This document shows, one piece after another, positions 50,686 through 64,000 of a DNA stretch of 64,000 nt. The stretch is taken from positions 46,872,001-46,936,000 of the forward strand of contig NC_043014.1 of the NCBI RefSeq assembly GCF_006345805.1, given 5' to 3'. The position numbers and the translations under genes were made by a program. Source of the DNA: Octopus sinensis. Its lineage: Eukaryota. The notes under the pieces are model-generated. The model searched no databases and was not told where the DNA came from. It was given only the letters and a program-made list of their open reading frames with translations. Every line of letters starts with the position of its first letter. Position 1 is the stretch's first letter.

Positions 50686-53600
50686 GTAAATGGCAGTTTA
50701 TTTCAACCTTGTACATAGTCAGTTTTAACTTATTTCCTTTTTAAGTTAATGCCTTTCTGAGACAAATATTTCTGTATATATGCTAAGCCAGTGAAGCAAA
50801 GCTGAAGCAATTCATTTTACTTTGTTCAAAGTTGGAATAACTGACTTTGTTTTTTTTATTATTATCACAGTAAAATGTTTTCTTCTTATTAATTGTTGTA
50901 GAAAAAGAAGAGTTGTTATGATTGATCTAAGACAATTTACTTCCACAAAAAATAATGCAATGAAAAATAGATGGAAACAATTGAAGAGAAATCATTTTGA
51001 AAATCTATTCACTTAATGCCAGCATGGAAAAAATAAATATTTAAGCACAGAGACATTAGTGATGTTGGAGCTGGACAAGATATAATGATATATATATATA
51101 TAACTCCAATGAATGGAGATGATGCTTTAAAGACATCCTAAACTGAGGAATGAAACATTTCTACTTACTTTTAAAAGTCCATTAAGAAAGAATTTGTAGG
51201 GAAGTGTGCTTGACCTTAAACTATTTCACCAATAGTTTCTCTAGTAATCTGTTAATATGAATTAATGTTTAAATCATATACATTTCTAAACATTTGATAA
51301 CTTTAGCTCATTTTGCAGTAAAGGACCTGAAATAGCTGTCACCTGGTAGCAGGGTATGCTAGAAATAGCAGCCAAATCTTTCCTTTTCTGGGGAATGGAG
51401 TCGTTTACGCATGGTTTTGATGTCACATTTGTTGCAAGTATACAAAATAACCTGGAAAAGGAAAAAAGACCCATGAAGCAAAATTCCATTGATGGGAAAC
51501 TCAGGGTTTCCTAGGAAACTCCAAGATCCCCACCACCCCTTCCTCCTTTCTGTTCCAGAAGAAAGTGGCTTGCAGCAGATTTGGAGGTGAGATATGTTGA
51601 ATGCACTTGAAAAAACCTGTGGAGAAAATTATTTCACACCGAAGTACGAACAGGTCCTTTACAAAATATTTACCCAAGATCAGGACAGGCATGTGAATAG
51701 AAGGATCAATGAGACTGATAAAGCAAGAGCTGAGCATCTGGCAGACAGAGGGAAAGGGACAGAAGCAGGAGAGATCAAGAATCAGATGCTTAGAGAGGTG
51801 AGCGTATGGCAAAACAGGGGGAAATAGACAAAAGCAGGAGACATCATGAATTGGATGTTCATGTGAATACAAATGGAATAAAACAAGTTTCATGCAAATC
51901 AGACCACAGGTTACCAAGTTACATTGTTTTTTTGTGGGGGTGCCTTTATAAACAGCCAAACCAGCATATAATGGGGCAAAATGCTTTGAAAGTAAGGCAC
52001 CATTGAAATGTGAATACAAATTGAGTAACACAAGTTTCACATAAATCAGACCATGGATTCCTGAAATACACAGTTTTTTGGGGTACCTTGAACTATTGGC
52101 GACCAAACAGGTTATGGGTAGTCTAGTATTCACTAAAATTACCTCACCCTGATCATAAAAAGGTCTCAAATTCTCTCTGATTATTCTAATCTAATATTAA
52201 GAAATAGATGTATTTAAACAGTTTACTGTTGGCTACCAGCGTAACAAAAGACTGTTTTTACAAAAACCCATGTTTTGGGTTAAAATTTTGTGTAGCAAAT
52301 TCAGTACCTTTTATATAAGGGAACTGATGTAAAGTTACATTCAGTGCCTCTAACAAACACTATCACTGAAGAAATAATCAAGAGCAAAGATAGTAAAAAT
52401 ATCGATCAGGGGTGTAATTAATTTATGAAGAGCAAATTTCAATTTTGCTTCAGCGGTATTTCATTGTAATTATAGAATACATAGCTTCAAATTAAGGTAA
52501 CAAGTGACAAACTTGTTTCCTGAACTAAACAGAAATAGTTAAATTGATTTTTAAAATCTATTGTGTAGAAAAAATTGTCCAACTTCTAGTTCTATTATGA
52601 ATTCATTAAAAAGAATGTGTATACGTTTTCTGTTTAATTTTTACTTCATCAAATATTTTAAAACAAAAATATAAAGCCAAACACAAAATGTTTAGATAAG
52701 CAGTAAATAACACTTTTGGAAGCTTTTCAATGGGAAGGAAAAAGTCACTTTTACAGAAGCATTAAAATTCTGTATTTAGTTTTTATGTGACTTTTGATTT
52801 TCCATTGAAAGGAAAACAAGAAAAAAAAAATTTGAAGAAAAGTCAAGTGTGTCGAAGACAGGTTTAAAATGGTATCTTCCACTAAGTTTAAAGTGTTATA
52901 TCTCTTTTCTTGTTTAAACTTTTCTCTGTTCCATCAGATGTTTATCTGCCAGCAACAACCAATATTTTGACTGTTTATTACAGCTGCTTTCTATAGAGCT
53001 CTTGATATGCACTATTAAACAAACCTCTCTTTATCCTTTTTGCCACTTTTCAAGAAATTTGAAACATTTCCAGATTTCTCTCCCGCAATTTCACATTCAC
53101 ATTTACCATACTCTCTCTCCTTTCTCCCTCCATCCTCTCTCTCTCTCTCTCTCTAATTTTATTTACTGTCCTTTTTTTCTGTAATTTTTTAAAAAGCAAA
53201 CTTGAGAGTTTTTATGATTCCTCTATAAAGCCATATATCCACTAGATGATATATCTACAAATCAATAGTATGTTTTTATATTTTTTTCACTCTAAAATCA
53301 TAGCCAGAAGTGAATCTAACTTTTGATGTCATTTTCTTATTTGAATTATCTAAATGTAGTATAAGAGCAAAATACTTAAATATATCTTTCTCTCATATGT
53401 GTGAGTGAGTGCGTGTGTATGTGTGAGATAGAGTGTGTCTACATGTGTATGTATGTGTGTTTGTATATGCATGTGTGTATGTATATATATCTTATGCATA
53501 TCATATGTACATAGACATATATATATATATATTATATATATATATATATCATATATGTATGCACGTGTATGTGTGTGTGTGAGTATTATGCCACATAAAC

Positions 53601-53830
53601 AGAACCCAGTGCACCTTCTAAAATGTTTAGTTTAGGAAGTGCATCCAGCCGTAAAAACCATGCCAAAAAAGATGTTGAGACCTGTCATAGTCCTCTGGCT
53701 CACAGGCTCCTGTCAAACTCTCCAACCCATGCCAGCAAAGAAAACAGACATTAAATGACAAGGAGGAACTTACATATATAAGAATAAAACACTTTTGGTA
53801 GAATACAGAATAGTATGTTGGTAATGATAG

Positions 53831-54140
53831 TAAGCTTTGTTAGAAGGAATGAATAAATTATTCCTTAGTTTATTTATACACACGTACATAAAGTATTCAG
53901 CTCTTCCGAGGAAATGAAATAGAATAAAATAAAATATTTACATCATTACATTTAAGAATTTGTCTGGCACTTAAGCTTCCACTAGACATGCCCAAGCACT
54001 CGGCAAATTCTTAAATGTAATGATGTGAATATTAGTTTTTATTCTATTACATTTCATTTCTATGGAAAATTTGAAGATTTTGTGTGCATCTGTATAAATA
54101 AACTGAGAAACAATTTCTTCATTTCTTCGGACTAAGCTTA
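53831..54140. repeat. Imperfect fold-back palindrome
   Basis: tttacatcattacatttaagaatttg mirrors caaattcttaaatgtaatgatgtgaa; outer taagct / agctta. Confidence 0.8.
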
Positions 54141-54255
54141 TTATTATTATTATTACTAATTATTACTAAGATATAGTTCAACCATGCCAGCATGGAAGAC
54201 AGACATTAAATGATGATAATAATGATGATGATGATATATATATATATATATATAT

Positions 54256-54337
54256 ATCACAATCAAGGAACGGCCATAATAGGCCATTCACCCACTAGTG
54301 GGTGAATGGCCTATTATGGCCGTTCCTTGATTGTGAT
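54256..54337. repeat. Perfect 82-bp palindrome with no spacer
   Basis: 41-bp arms exactly complementary, centred on ct|ag at 54296/54297. Confidence 0.97.
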
Positions 54338-54436
54338 GTTGAACTTAAAAATGGTCTATGACTATTTAATTTTTTCCCACTAGGCCGCTGGTGGCAAAAA
54401 AAAAATTCTACAAAATTTTTTGCCACCCTATATTGA

Positions 54437-54486
<50 letters not shown>

Positions 54487-54534
54487 GTGTATGTGTGTGT
54501 TGTATGTATATATATATGTGTGTGTGTTTGTGTA

Positions 54535-54589
<55 letters not shown>

Positions 54590-55383
54590 ATACATGTGTG
54601 TGTCTCCACCACTCCACACCTTCCTTTTCTAAACTATTAGTTACCTCCTTTCCCTACTCCCCAACTCATGTATCATTGATCACCTTTCAAACCTCTCTGA
54701 TTTCTACAGTAGTCACCTACTCTTCCTACTTTCTCTACTTTTCATCCCTCAACACTTATCCTTCATAATAATATTCCCCCTCTCACTCATTCCCTATCTC
54801 CTGCCAGCTCTCATTGTCCCATACACGCTTTCAATCTCTACCCACCCTCACTGCTTGTTCTCCTGTCCCCATTCACTTCTATGCACCTTGTATCTTGAGG
54901 GTCTACCCTGACCACTATCTCTTTCCACTTCCACCCCGACTACTCCCACTCTCTTTTCTAAAATGTGAATAGCTATGTTCTGTTCTGCCCTTTTCTTTCA
55001 CACTCAAGATCCCACATCCTGTAGCATAATGCTACCTCTTTCTCTTCCATTTAGTTGATAAGGATCTTAGTCTTACAGGTTGAATGGTGACTTCAGTAGT
55101 GCTGATTCCTAGTGCATGCTGTCAAATGGTTAGTGTTAAGAATTGCATCCAGCCATAGAAACCATGCCAAAACAGACATTCGAGCATAATGCGGTCTTCA
55201 GACCTGTCACCCCCTGGCAAACTGTCCAACTTATGCTAGTGTGGAACATGGACATTAAATGATGATCATGACATACACATGCTTCACTGCATTATTAAGA
55301 AGTTGTCTTCACAACTGCATGGTTTCAAATTCAACCCCGTTGTTACAGAACTTTGTCTTCTGCTATTGCCACTGACCAACCCC

Positions 55384-55414
<31 letters not shown>

Positions 55415-55609
55415 TTGTTACAATATCATAAATCAGGAGAAGAGCATACCCTATAAAATATTGAGCAGTTGTTTATTTTTATATGTGTAATGTAATAAAT
55501 AGTTTAGAAAAAAACCATTGGTTTCATATCTACCATGAACTAGACATTTCTTCAGTTTTTCTAAACAATAACCGTTCTCTGCAAAGAATGTTTTTTTTTA
55601 AATACAAGA

Positions 55610-56054
55610 ATGCCGGTGGTAGTTCAAAGAAAAACTGATCAAATTCATCCTATGCTTGTGGAACTGTTTCCAGAGGGAAACGCAATCTTTCTGGATGATA
55701 ATGTACCAATGCACACAGCTAAAGTTGTTACTGAATGGCACAAGGAATATTCTAGTAAAGTTGAACATCTTATCTGGTCACTACAATCCCCAGATCTCAA
55801 TATTATTGAACATTTATGGTGCATTTTAGAAAAACAAGTAAGGTGTCAGTATCTTCCACTATCGTCACTACAAGAACTGGAGACTGTTTTAACTGAAGAA
55901 TGGACAAAAATTACTTTGCAGACAATTCAAACTTTGTACGAGTCCATACCTCATAGAATTCAAGCTGTAATTACTGCCAAAAGCGGTCCTACACTATATT
56001 AAGATAAATTTGCTTCAAATTTTAAGGTGTTTCCATTATTTTGTCCAACCCATG
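55610..56054 (+). mobile_element. Tc1/mariner-family transposase relic (C-terminal half) with 3' terminus
   Basis: FLDDNVPMH...WSLQSPDLNIIEHLW...LYESIPHRIQAVITAKSGPTLY; ends ccattattttgtccaacccatg followed by TA. Matching 5' TIR not seen. Confidence 0.92.
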
Positions 56055-56317
56055 TATATATCATTTTTTTCTTTTATCTTTTACTTGTTTCAGTCATTTG
56101 ACTGTGGCCATGCTGGAACACTGCCTCGAAGGGTTTTTAGTTGAACAAATCAACCCCAAGACTTATTTTTTTTAAGCCTAGTCCTTATTCTATTGGTCTC
56201 CTTTGCTGAACTGATGAGTTACATGAGCTTAAATACACCATCACCAATTGTCAAGCAGTAGTAGGGGACAAACACAGACACAAAGACACTCACACACATA
56301 GTAGTAGAGGACAAACA

Positions 56318-56388
<71 letters not shown>

Positions 56389-56793
56389 GTGTGTATGAAT
56401 GTGTGAAGGGGTGATAGTGGGTTCTGCAACAACGGGGTTGAATTTGAAACCATGCAGTTGTGAAGCAAACTTCTTAATAATGCAGTGAAGCTTGCCCAGC
56501 ACCATAGAATCATGGCCATTGCCAGCCTTGCCTGGCCTCCGTGCCAGTGGCACGTAAAAAGCACCATCCGATCGTGGCCGTTTGCCAGCCCTGTCTGGCA
56601 CCTGTGCCAGTGGCACGTAAAAAGCACCCACTACACTCATGAAGTGGTTGGCGTTAGGAAGGGCATCCAGCCATAGAAACATTGCCAGATCAGACTGGGC
56701 TTGGTGCAGCCTTCTGGCTTCCCAGACCCCAGTTGAACCGTCCAACCCATGCTAGCATGGAAAGCGGACGCTAAACGATGATGATGATGATGA

Positions 56794-56824
<31 letters not shown>

Positions 56825-58087
56825 CGATGGGCTTCTTTCAGTTCCCATATACCAAATCCACTCACAAAGCTTTGGTTGGCCCAAGGCTGTAGTAGAAAAT
56901 ACTTGCCCAAGGTACTATGCAGTGGGACTGAACCTGAAACCATGTAGATGGGAAGCAAGCTTCTTACCACACAACCACATGTGTGTATGCGTGTGTGTAT
57001 GAATGTATGAAGGGGTGGTTGTGGGTGAGTTTCTATCTCCTTGCCTTGACATTACACGCTAACTGTAAACAAATTTCACCCTCATACAAGTGTCTGTTAC
57101 CTCGTATAACATACCCAAACTAGAGGAAAATGTTAACTTGTTAGGAAGCAGGTGGTGTTGGCAACAGAGAAAGCATCTCGCAACAGAAAATCTGCCTTAA
57201 TGAATCTGATTTATACAAACATTGGAGATATATATCATGTTGATGATGATGATGACATTCTTTGCTACTTAATTATATACACATATAATAAACACTTATG
57301 ATGCCTAGGTATGAATATGGATGTGCATTTTATATGTACATGATGATGATTGTGACTTTATTCCATAAAAAAATATTAGTGAGAATACTCAGATATTAAA
57401 TCTCTGTTTTAATTAGACATGCTATGTTACACAAAGTGATGCTTCCATTCCATTATAAACATTTGGAATCTTGCCAAATGTGCTAAAGTTGAACATGTCT
57501 GAACCATTGTAGTATTATGATAATTAAATGAAATCCATAAGAAAATTTCAGTAACAGTATCTTCATCAAAACTGCAAAGGATATTATTAGATTAATTTCA
57601 TTGCTTCAGATATAACAGATTTCTTTTTAAAAGTTGTTTGAAACAATAGAAATGTAAATCTTTTCAGTTAATATTCCCTTGGAACATATGAGTTTATGTA
57701 AGATATTGGTTTTAATGATGCGATATCAGCTATTCAAGCCCTCTTACAGCTATTGTATTGACACTCTAAACCAAGTGTATTACTCTAGTTGTTCAGTCTG
57801 ACTAACACTTTCATTTTTTGATTGATTAGTTGTTATTGACACTAAAAATACGTGCTCCATTAAGTTATCTACAAATTTCTTGAACTCTACCTCAGAAGAA
57901 ATATCTAGAATGCTGTCAGTAGAAAAGCAAAATTATCATAATTGTATCAATAAAAAATGCATTACCAATTTCTTGGCTATATAATCATATACTGTGGCAT
58001 ACATTTCAAAGATTGTTATTCGCAATTTATTGTGCAGTTAGCATATTTCCTTTTATCACCAATTAACAGTCTGTTTTTTTATTTCAG

Positions 58088-58235
58088 ATGGAACTTTAAT
58101 GATTTCCTCCATTCGTTTATGATGGTCTTTCGAATTTTATGTGGAGAATGGATCGAACCCATGTATGATTGTATGCGTGCTTGTAATGGTCTTTGTTTCC
58201 TTATCTTCATACCAGTTACCGTGTTTGGCAAAACA
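58088..58235 (+). CDS. Nav2: Nav2-type channel exon, DII pore loop and first half of S6
   Basis: atttcag/gtaagt boundaries, 148 bp. (R)WNFNDFLHSFMMVFRILCGEWIEPMYDCMRACNGLCFLIFIPVTVFGKT; filter Glu in CGEW. RILCGEWIEP is the Nav2/DSC1-type signature (Nav1 has RVLCGEWIES/T). Confidence 0.97.
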
Positions 58236-58887
58236 GTAAGTAACATAGATTTCTAACTGTCTATATTCAATGCATTTTAAATCCGACATTATTGTTGACT
58301 AAAATATAGATTAGTTGTTATTCTTGAATTTATGCATATTTAGGTACCTTTTTTTTTTCTGCATACATCAATTAGATAGAAGCTTAACAAAAATTATAAT
58401 GCAGGCAAAATATATGAATATGTTTGTCTTTGAGTACATATGAGTGTATACATTTGTACATCAATATATTTCTCAGTAAAGCTTGTTTTTCTTTCTTTTT
58501 TTCTGCGTAGCCTTATAATGGTGTTGTATTTAAATCTTAAACTAAACAATATATACATTGTGAGGCTTTGGTATGGTTGTTGGTAGAATAAATGTAGCTA
58601 TATCTAGAATGTAAAATAGACACAATATATATAGTTAAAGAAGAGATATACATGTTTGTGCATCCAGGCAATAGGAAGAAAGTATTCAATAAAAAAAATA
58701 GTTTTTAATTCAAAAAAATATTTTTTTATTCAGTAGAAAGAGACTTAAGGTTATATTGAGGATAATCCAAAAAATATTGTAGCATTGGATATTTTGTAGT
58801 TGTCTTTGTATTATTATGTTAATTACTTGGAAAATGTACATGTACAAGCATGCATGCTCACCAGCTGCATGGAATTAGTCATATATA

Positions 58888-59120
58888 TATTTCTTTATTG
58901 CCCACAAGGGGCTAAACATAGAGGGGACAAACAAGGACAGACAAAGGAATTAAGTCGATTACATTGACCCCAGTGTGAAACTGGTACTTTATTTATCGAC
59001 CCCTAAAGGATGAAAGGCAAAGTCTACCTCGGCGGAATTTGAACTCAGAACGTAACAGCAGACGAAATACGGCTACGCATTTCGCCCAGCGTGCTAACGT
59101 TTCTGCCAGCTCGCCGCCTT
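58888..59120 (-). mobile_element. SINE family B
   Basis: Full-length match. Confidence 0.85.
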
Positions 59121-60927
59121 AAAATTAGTCATATATAGTCATGTGAAAGATATCTGTTGACTCCTTAAATTATGAATGACAAAAGTTTTTACTCTTCCAG
59201 AATGATGTTGATCAACTATGTCATCAACAAGAATCAACACTCTTATGTTAAAAGATAATTCTGCAGAGATCTTTGATAAATTTATTATTCACCTTAAAAG
59301 ACATGATAAATATAAATTGGATTTGTTTTTGTTAAGTCTGGAAGATAAAACAACTGGTTGCAATTCCCTGAAATTACAAAAGAGGAAGTGAAGATGACAT
59401 GTATTATTCAAGAGTTAAAAATATTGTATCTAAATTTGCAAGCAATAAAAATATACTCAGTTTATGAATAAGACTTTATTCATTGAAACCACAGACTGGG
59501 TAGCCTGTTTGTCTTTTAAACAAATATTGAAGTATTGTAATTTTCTTATATAGTTAATCTAACAGGCTTTTAGGCATGGCTTTTGCCAAGTATTTGACAG
59601 GGAAACTAATTGAAAGGTGACTTTACTGTGTTTCATAAAGCTAGGAAGACCTTTACATTGTAAGTTACCATTCCTACAGATTAAGTGGAAGAATCCACCA
59701 GCATTACTAAGAATGGCCATAATTCTTTTGTTGTTGTTAGTAGATCATCTTCAATTCAGACTAAAACTTGTTGACTAAAAGAGGTAGTAAATTGTCTTTG
59801 ATTCATGAAGATATTGCCAAACCAGCTTTGTATGAAATCATATGCCAAAAAACATGTTCTATAAGTGGCAAAATTAGAAAACATTTATAAACATAGAATA
59901 TTTGCTACTTTGTAAATTGAGTTTTATTTTCTCTGGAGTATCTTATTCTGCCATCTTGAGAATCTTTTCATTATCCCAATTTAAGTCATCAGATTGAATT
60001 TCAATCATGGTAAATTTCCATAGGTGTTTAAGTGAAATTTAATGTCATATTTAACACACCTTAAAACCATTGAACAAGTCAATCAAAACAAACAAGATGA
60101 TAAAACAATGTGATGAAGAAATCCTACTTGCTTCTGTGAATATTAAATCATTGCCTTCTAGTGTTTCAAAGATACAGCCACTCCAGAGTATAAAGTTTAA
60201 CCTTACATATCATTCAGTGCTAGAAAAACATGATTTATCATAAAAAAAGTTCAGCTATCAGAAACCAGCCCATTAATTGAAAAGATGGAGAAACATGATA
60301 CAGTTTCAATTGTAATATTGAGAATGTCTGCCTATTTGATTGGTTACACCTCCAAATGGTAATCAATAACTGCTTCTTTTAGTTATATTTCATATTATTA
60401 ATTGCTAGATTTTGTTTTACTTATGAATTACTAATATTTCTTCACATTTTTTCTTTAGCTATGTGTTGAACGTAGTATTGGATATTCTATAATAACCTTA
60501 TAGTGTTATGTTAATCATGGAGGCGTATGACTTAGTGGTTAGAGTGTTGCACTCAAAATCATAAGATTGTGGTTTCGATTCCATGGCTGGGCAATACATT
60601 GTGTTCTTGAGCAGACCACTTCATTTCACTCAGTTAGCAAAATAAGTAAACCTGTGACAGGCCAGCATAACTGAAGGTGGTGGTGGGTGAAGTGGGAAGA
60701 AATATATCTCCCACAGAATCCTAAAAACCAGCTTTATGACCCTTTGGTTCAGAAAGGGCCTTTGATTTTCTTTTTTTTTATGTTAATAACTAACAATAGA
60801 ATTGTGTAAAATCACTAGAATCTCATTACAAATGCATGTTCCATCATTTATTATAAAAGGCAGGCAAAACTGCTTTGTTAGTCAACAACTCTGAAATATG
60901 TGTATGGATGGATTTTGATTCCTTTAA

Positions 60928-61146
60928 CCCTTTAGTATTTAAACCAGCCATATCCGGCCAAAATACTTAATCTGTTTTATGTTCAAACTGACCAGATCCA
61001 TGCTCTCACACCTACCTTACAATGTTATTCTACATTAAGTAATTACACCATCAAGATCTTGAAGATATGAGATAATGCATAATTAATTCAAATCAACGTG
61101 AATCAATAAGCATTGTGTTTGATAGAATAATCTGAACACTAAAGGG
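60928..61146. mobile_element. piggyBac-type MITE, uninterrupted copy (219 bp)
   Basis: TTAA on both sides, terminal inverted repeats ccctttagt / actaaaggg. Confidence 0.85.
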
Positions 61147-61253
61147 TTAAATTACAGATTACAATAGTGATAAAAATTGACTATCTTTCTTTGCCTATAT
61201 TCTACTCTTTTACAATCTGTTATCTACAGACTCATGTACCTTTGTTTTTCTAG

Positions 61254-61431
61254 CTTTTCTTTCTGTTCATCGGTTTGGTCCTGGGCGCCTTTGGTTCTGA
61301 TAGTGTTGAACAAGAAGTTGAACCATCCAGTTTCGCATTAGCCTGGGAAAGGATAAGAGCTCTTTTAGACAAAAGGAAAGGAAACATCTGTCCAACTGAT
61401 GACAATCTTAGGGATGATGGTCAAGACGAAG
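61254..61431 (+). CDS. Nav2: Nav2-type channel exon, second half of DII S6 and start of II-III linker
   Basis: tttttctag/gtatga boundaries, 178 bp, in phase with the preceding exon. LFFLFIGLVLGAFGSDSVEQEVEPSSFALAWERIRALLDKRKGNICPTDDNLRDDGQDE plus 1 nt. Confidence 0.88.
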
Positions 61432-64000
61432 GTATGAAGTTGTTACAAAAAGTTTCTCTTCACTTTAGTTTTACTGATGTTTAATTCTAAATGCTTGTTG
61501 CATGCTTCACGCACGATGCTCTTTTTCTTATATTTTTCTTCACAAATTTTTTCTTTTCTTCAAACAATGCATGATTTGTTATATTTTGTTGTATCTTAAG
61601 TCTATGCTTAACACTTCTTGCACACCAACACTATCATTATAACTATTGACAACGACTACAAATGAAGACCAACGAAAGATTTTAAAAATCTAAAGGCACC
61701 ATTACCACTTCTAGTGAGAAATGCAATCAAAATACATATTGTATTGTTTTCTTTTTTATTTAAGTTTCTGTTTCTATTTTGCTTGTGATTTTGTATATAT
61801 ATTTAATAAACAGATCTGTTCAAACTTTCATGTGTTCCAACATGCACATTAGATTGCCAATATGTTTCTCTATGTAAACAAATGTTTCTGTTATATTTAT
61901 TATAACCATTTCAAGAACACAGTTCTTGTTCAAGGTGCTTTTGCACTAAAATAGTGATAAAACATTTCTTTTTAATAAATGCATATTTTGAAATAAAATT
62001 GAGAAACTCTAAAGTAAAATGGTGAAAGCTGTTTCAAGCAGTGAAGGAATATCAGAAGTGAATACAAATGTCTGGCAGTCTAATTCCTATGAATCAACTT
62101 AGACTGAAAATATGGTTTTGCTACATTTCCAAAAGGCTTATCATTGGCTGTTTGTTTGTGCTTCTCTTAATATATTCAAATATTTATTTTTCTACTCTCA
62201 ATTCATTTGTTTTTATTTAATTTGAGACAATTGTCTCACTTTCACATTTAATTTGCTAAATATCTAACTTTGCTTCTCTTATTTTATCTGCTCCCCATCC
62301 CTATCAGATGAAAGTCTCAGATACCGAAAGACATTTGTTGTCTCTGACATAAGATTCTGTCTAACAATCAATTGATGGAAAATTGTGTTAAAGCGCTTTA
62401 TATATGTATATACTGATATGTATATTCCTGTTATCCATGCTCAAATATATCTCTAATTATGTATAAACAACTGGGATTGTGTACCAAAATACAATGTATT
62501 TATAGCTTTGTCTATGTAAGAGACTAACTGTAAAATATAACCAAACTATAGAGTTTATCTGAAAGTGTATGTATTTGAACTGTATTTGAGTATATGCCAG
62601 ACATAGGTCAAAGAGGTTTTATTTCATGTGAGGTCTGTATGCTTGTAAAAGATTAGTAAGGACAAATATCCTCAGATTCAGTAAACAACTTCTTTCATGT
62701 ATGTCCCAGTCATAAAACCAATTTATGCATAACATGAAATGCATACACCAATAACATAAACATATATGTGAATATTGTATGTATGTGTAAATAATTGTGT
62801 GAATGGTTTGAGATCAAGATAACTTTCCTGCATGAGTTGGCTGTTCTTTTTGGAGCAGGTGATATAACCCTGTCTTGACCTGACAGCAATAGAATAGCTA
62901 CAACTGAAGTTGTATTTATGACCGAATATCTTTACATACGTTTATGCAAGTGTGGGATGGTTTTGTCATGCATATTTCTTATGAAACTATTCTCTGAAAT
63001 ATTGATTCTAACATTTGCACTCAGACACAGAATTCTTGAGGAAGTGGAGAATATAGCAGATTCAATCAGCCCCACCAGACTGATCACTTATTTTATCGAC
63101 CCTAGAATTAAATACTGGGAAACAAAGCATGACTTCTAAAATTCTAGGATTCTATACAGTCAGCTTTGTCTCTGGAATACTCATTAGCTTAATAAACTCC
63201 TTAAGTTTTATGTGTATGATATATTATCTACAATGCATGTATGCAGAGTAGAGAGAGGAGAATGGTTCAATGACTTCAGATTTTATAAATAGTATGATAA
63301 TGAGGCTAAAATTTAGTAGTGAATCTCTTCAAAATTATGTATACAAAGCTTATAACATTAGCACCAACAAAATTAATATTGCCAAAATTCCAGTTTATAG
63401 CATAAACAAATAGTCATTTAGTATGGAAATAAGCTGATTAATTAGTTGCTTGGATTTACATTTTATAAATATTAATATTTTGGTATTTTTATTTACAATA
63501 ATTTAATGGCAATTTTTGTTATTTTTCTTTGATATTATGGGAAATGTCTCATCTTTGTAGAATTTTATCAATATTGTTGTTGTTGCTGTTGCTGGTGGTG
63601 GCGGTGGTGGTGGTGGTCGTCGTGGTCGTGAGAGTGGTGATTTTGCAGAAATGAGAGATTCATGTCTTATGTTAAGTTTCATTCATGTGGTGAGAGTTCA
63701 AATCACACCCACCAGGATTTATTGTTTTCCATCCCACTAATGACCAGTACAAATTCTTGTATTGGATTTATTTGAGTATAAACTTCTACAAATATGTAAC
63801 CATGGGTTGTTGTCATTAAGGTAGATTCTAATCGTTGTCACACATATCCCACAAGTTTGTTATTGTTAACACTAAACCACTCCCTTTATAGATTATAGTA
63901 TACAAGACAACTATTAACCCTTTCTTTCACATATTTCCTGCTCTTTTTAAAACCTTAACTCGTTTATACATAACTTTTATGTGTTACAATAATTCATATA

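Noticed and set aside
51501-52169. Longest unexplained ORF (222 aa, minus strand)
   Set aside because: No recognisable motif, starts at a non-ATG codon, and contains an internal DNA duplication (LxxxKLVLxxLYSH twice); more likely a decayed repeat. A BLAST search would settle it.
60459-60471. Possible micro-exon supplying VLN to repair the DII S6
   Set aside because: YVLN is not in the phase-0 frame required by the 58235 donor, the length (13 nt) breaks the frame, and the donor gtagta is weak.

Overview
AT-rich, microsatellite- and retroposon-dense eukaryotic genomic DNA, most likely a coleoid cephalopod such as Octopus (inferred from repeat types and the channel sequence). The whole window lies inside one plus-strand gene for a four-domain voltage-gated sodium-channel-family alpha subunit of the invertebrate Nav2 (DSC1/BSC1-like) type. 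Seven exons with canonical AG/GT boundaries were read directly: DI S2-S3 (2052-2180), DI-DII linker (22430-22496), linker plus DII S1 (26219-26472), DII S2-S4 (48628-48798), DII S4-S5 (50492-50685), DII P-loop to S6 (58088-58235) and end of DII S6 into the II-III linker (61254-61431). The last six splice in frame. The exons for DI S4, S5, pore loop and S6 were not found and may lie in the 100-N gap at 6212-6311. The most unusual coding feature is the DII S6 helix, which lacks the normally conserved Asn, carries a Lys after the hinge Gly and is one residue short. The introns contain several tRNA-derived SINE families (one amplified into a ~184-bp tandem array), CR1/L2- and RTE-clade LINE fragments, a near-intact RT ORF, a DD36E Tc1 relic, a Merlin relic, Helitrons, piggyBac-type MITEs, a solo LTR, several long palindromes and local duplications. 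No prokaryotic-type system (CRISPR, operon) is present, and I cannot claim a wholly new biological system. All analysis was by eye; repeat boundaries are approximate unless a TSD is given.
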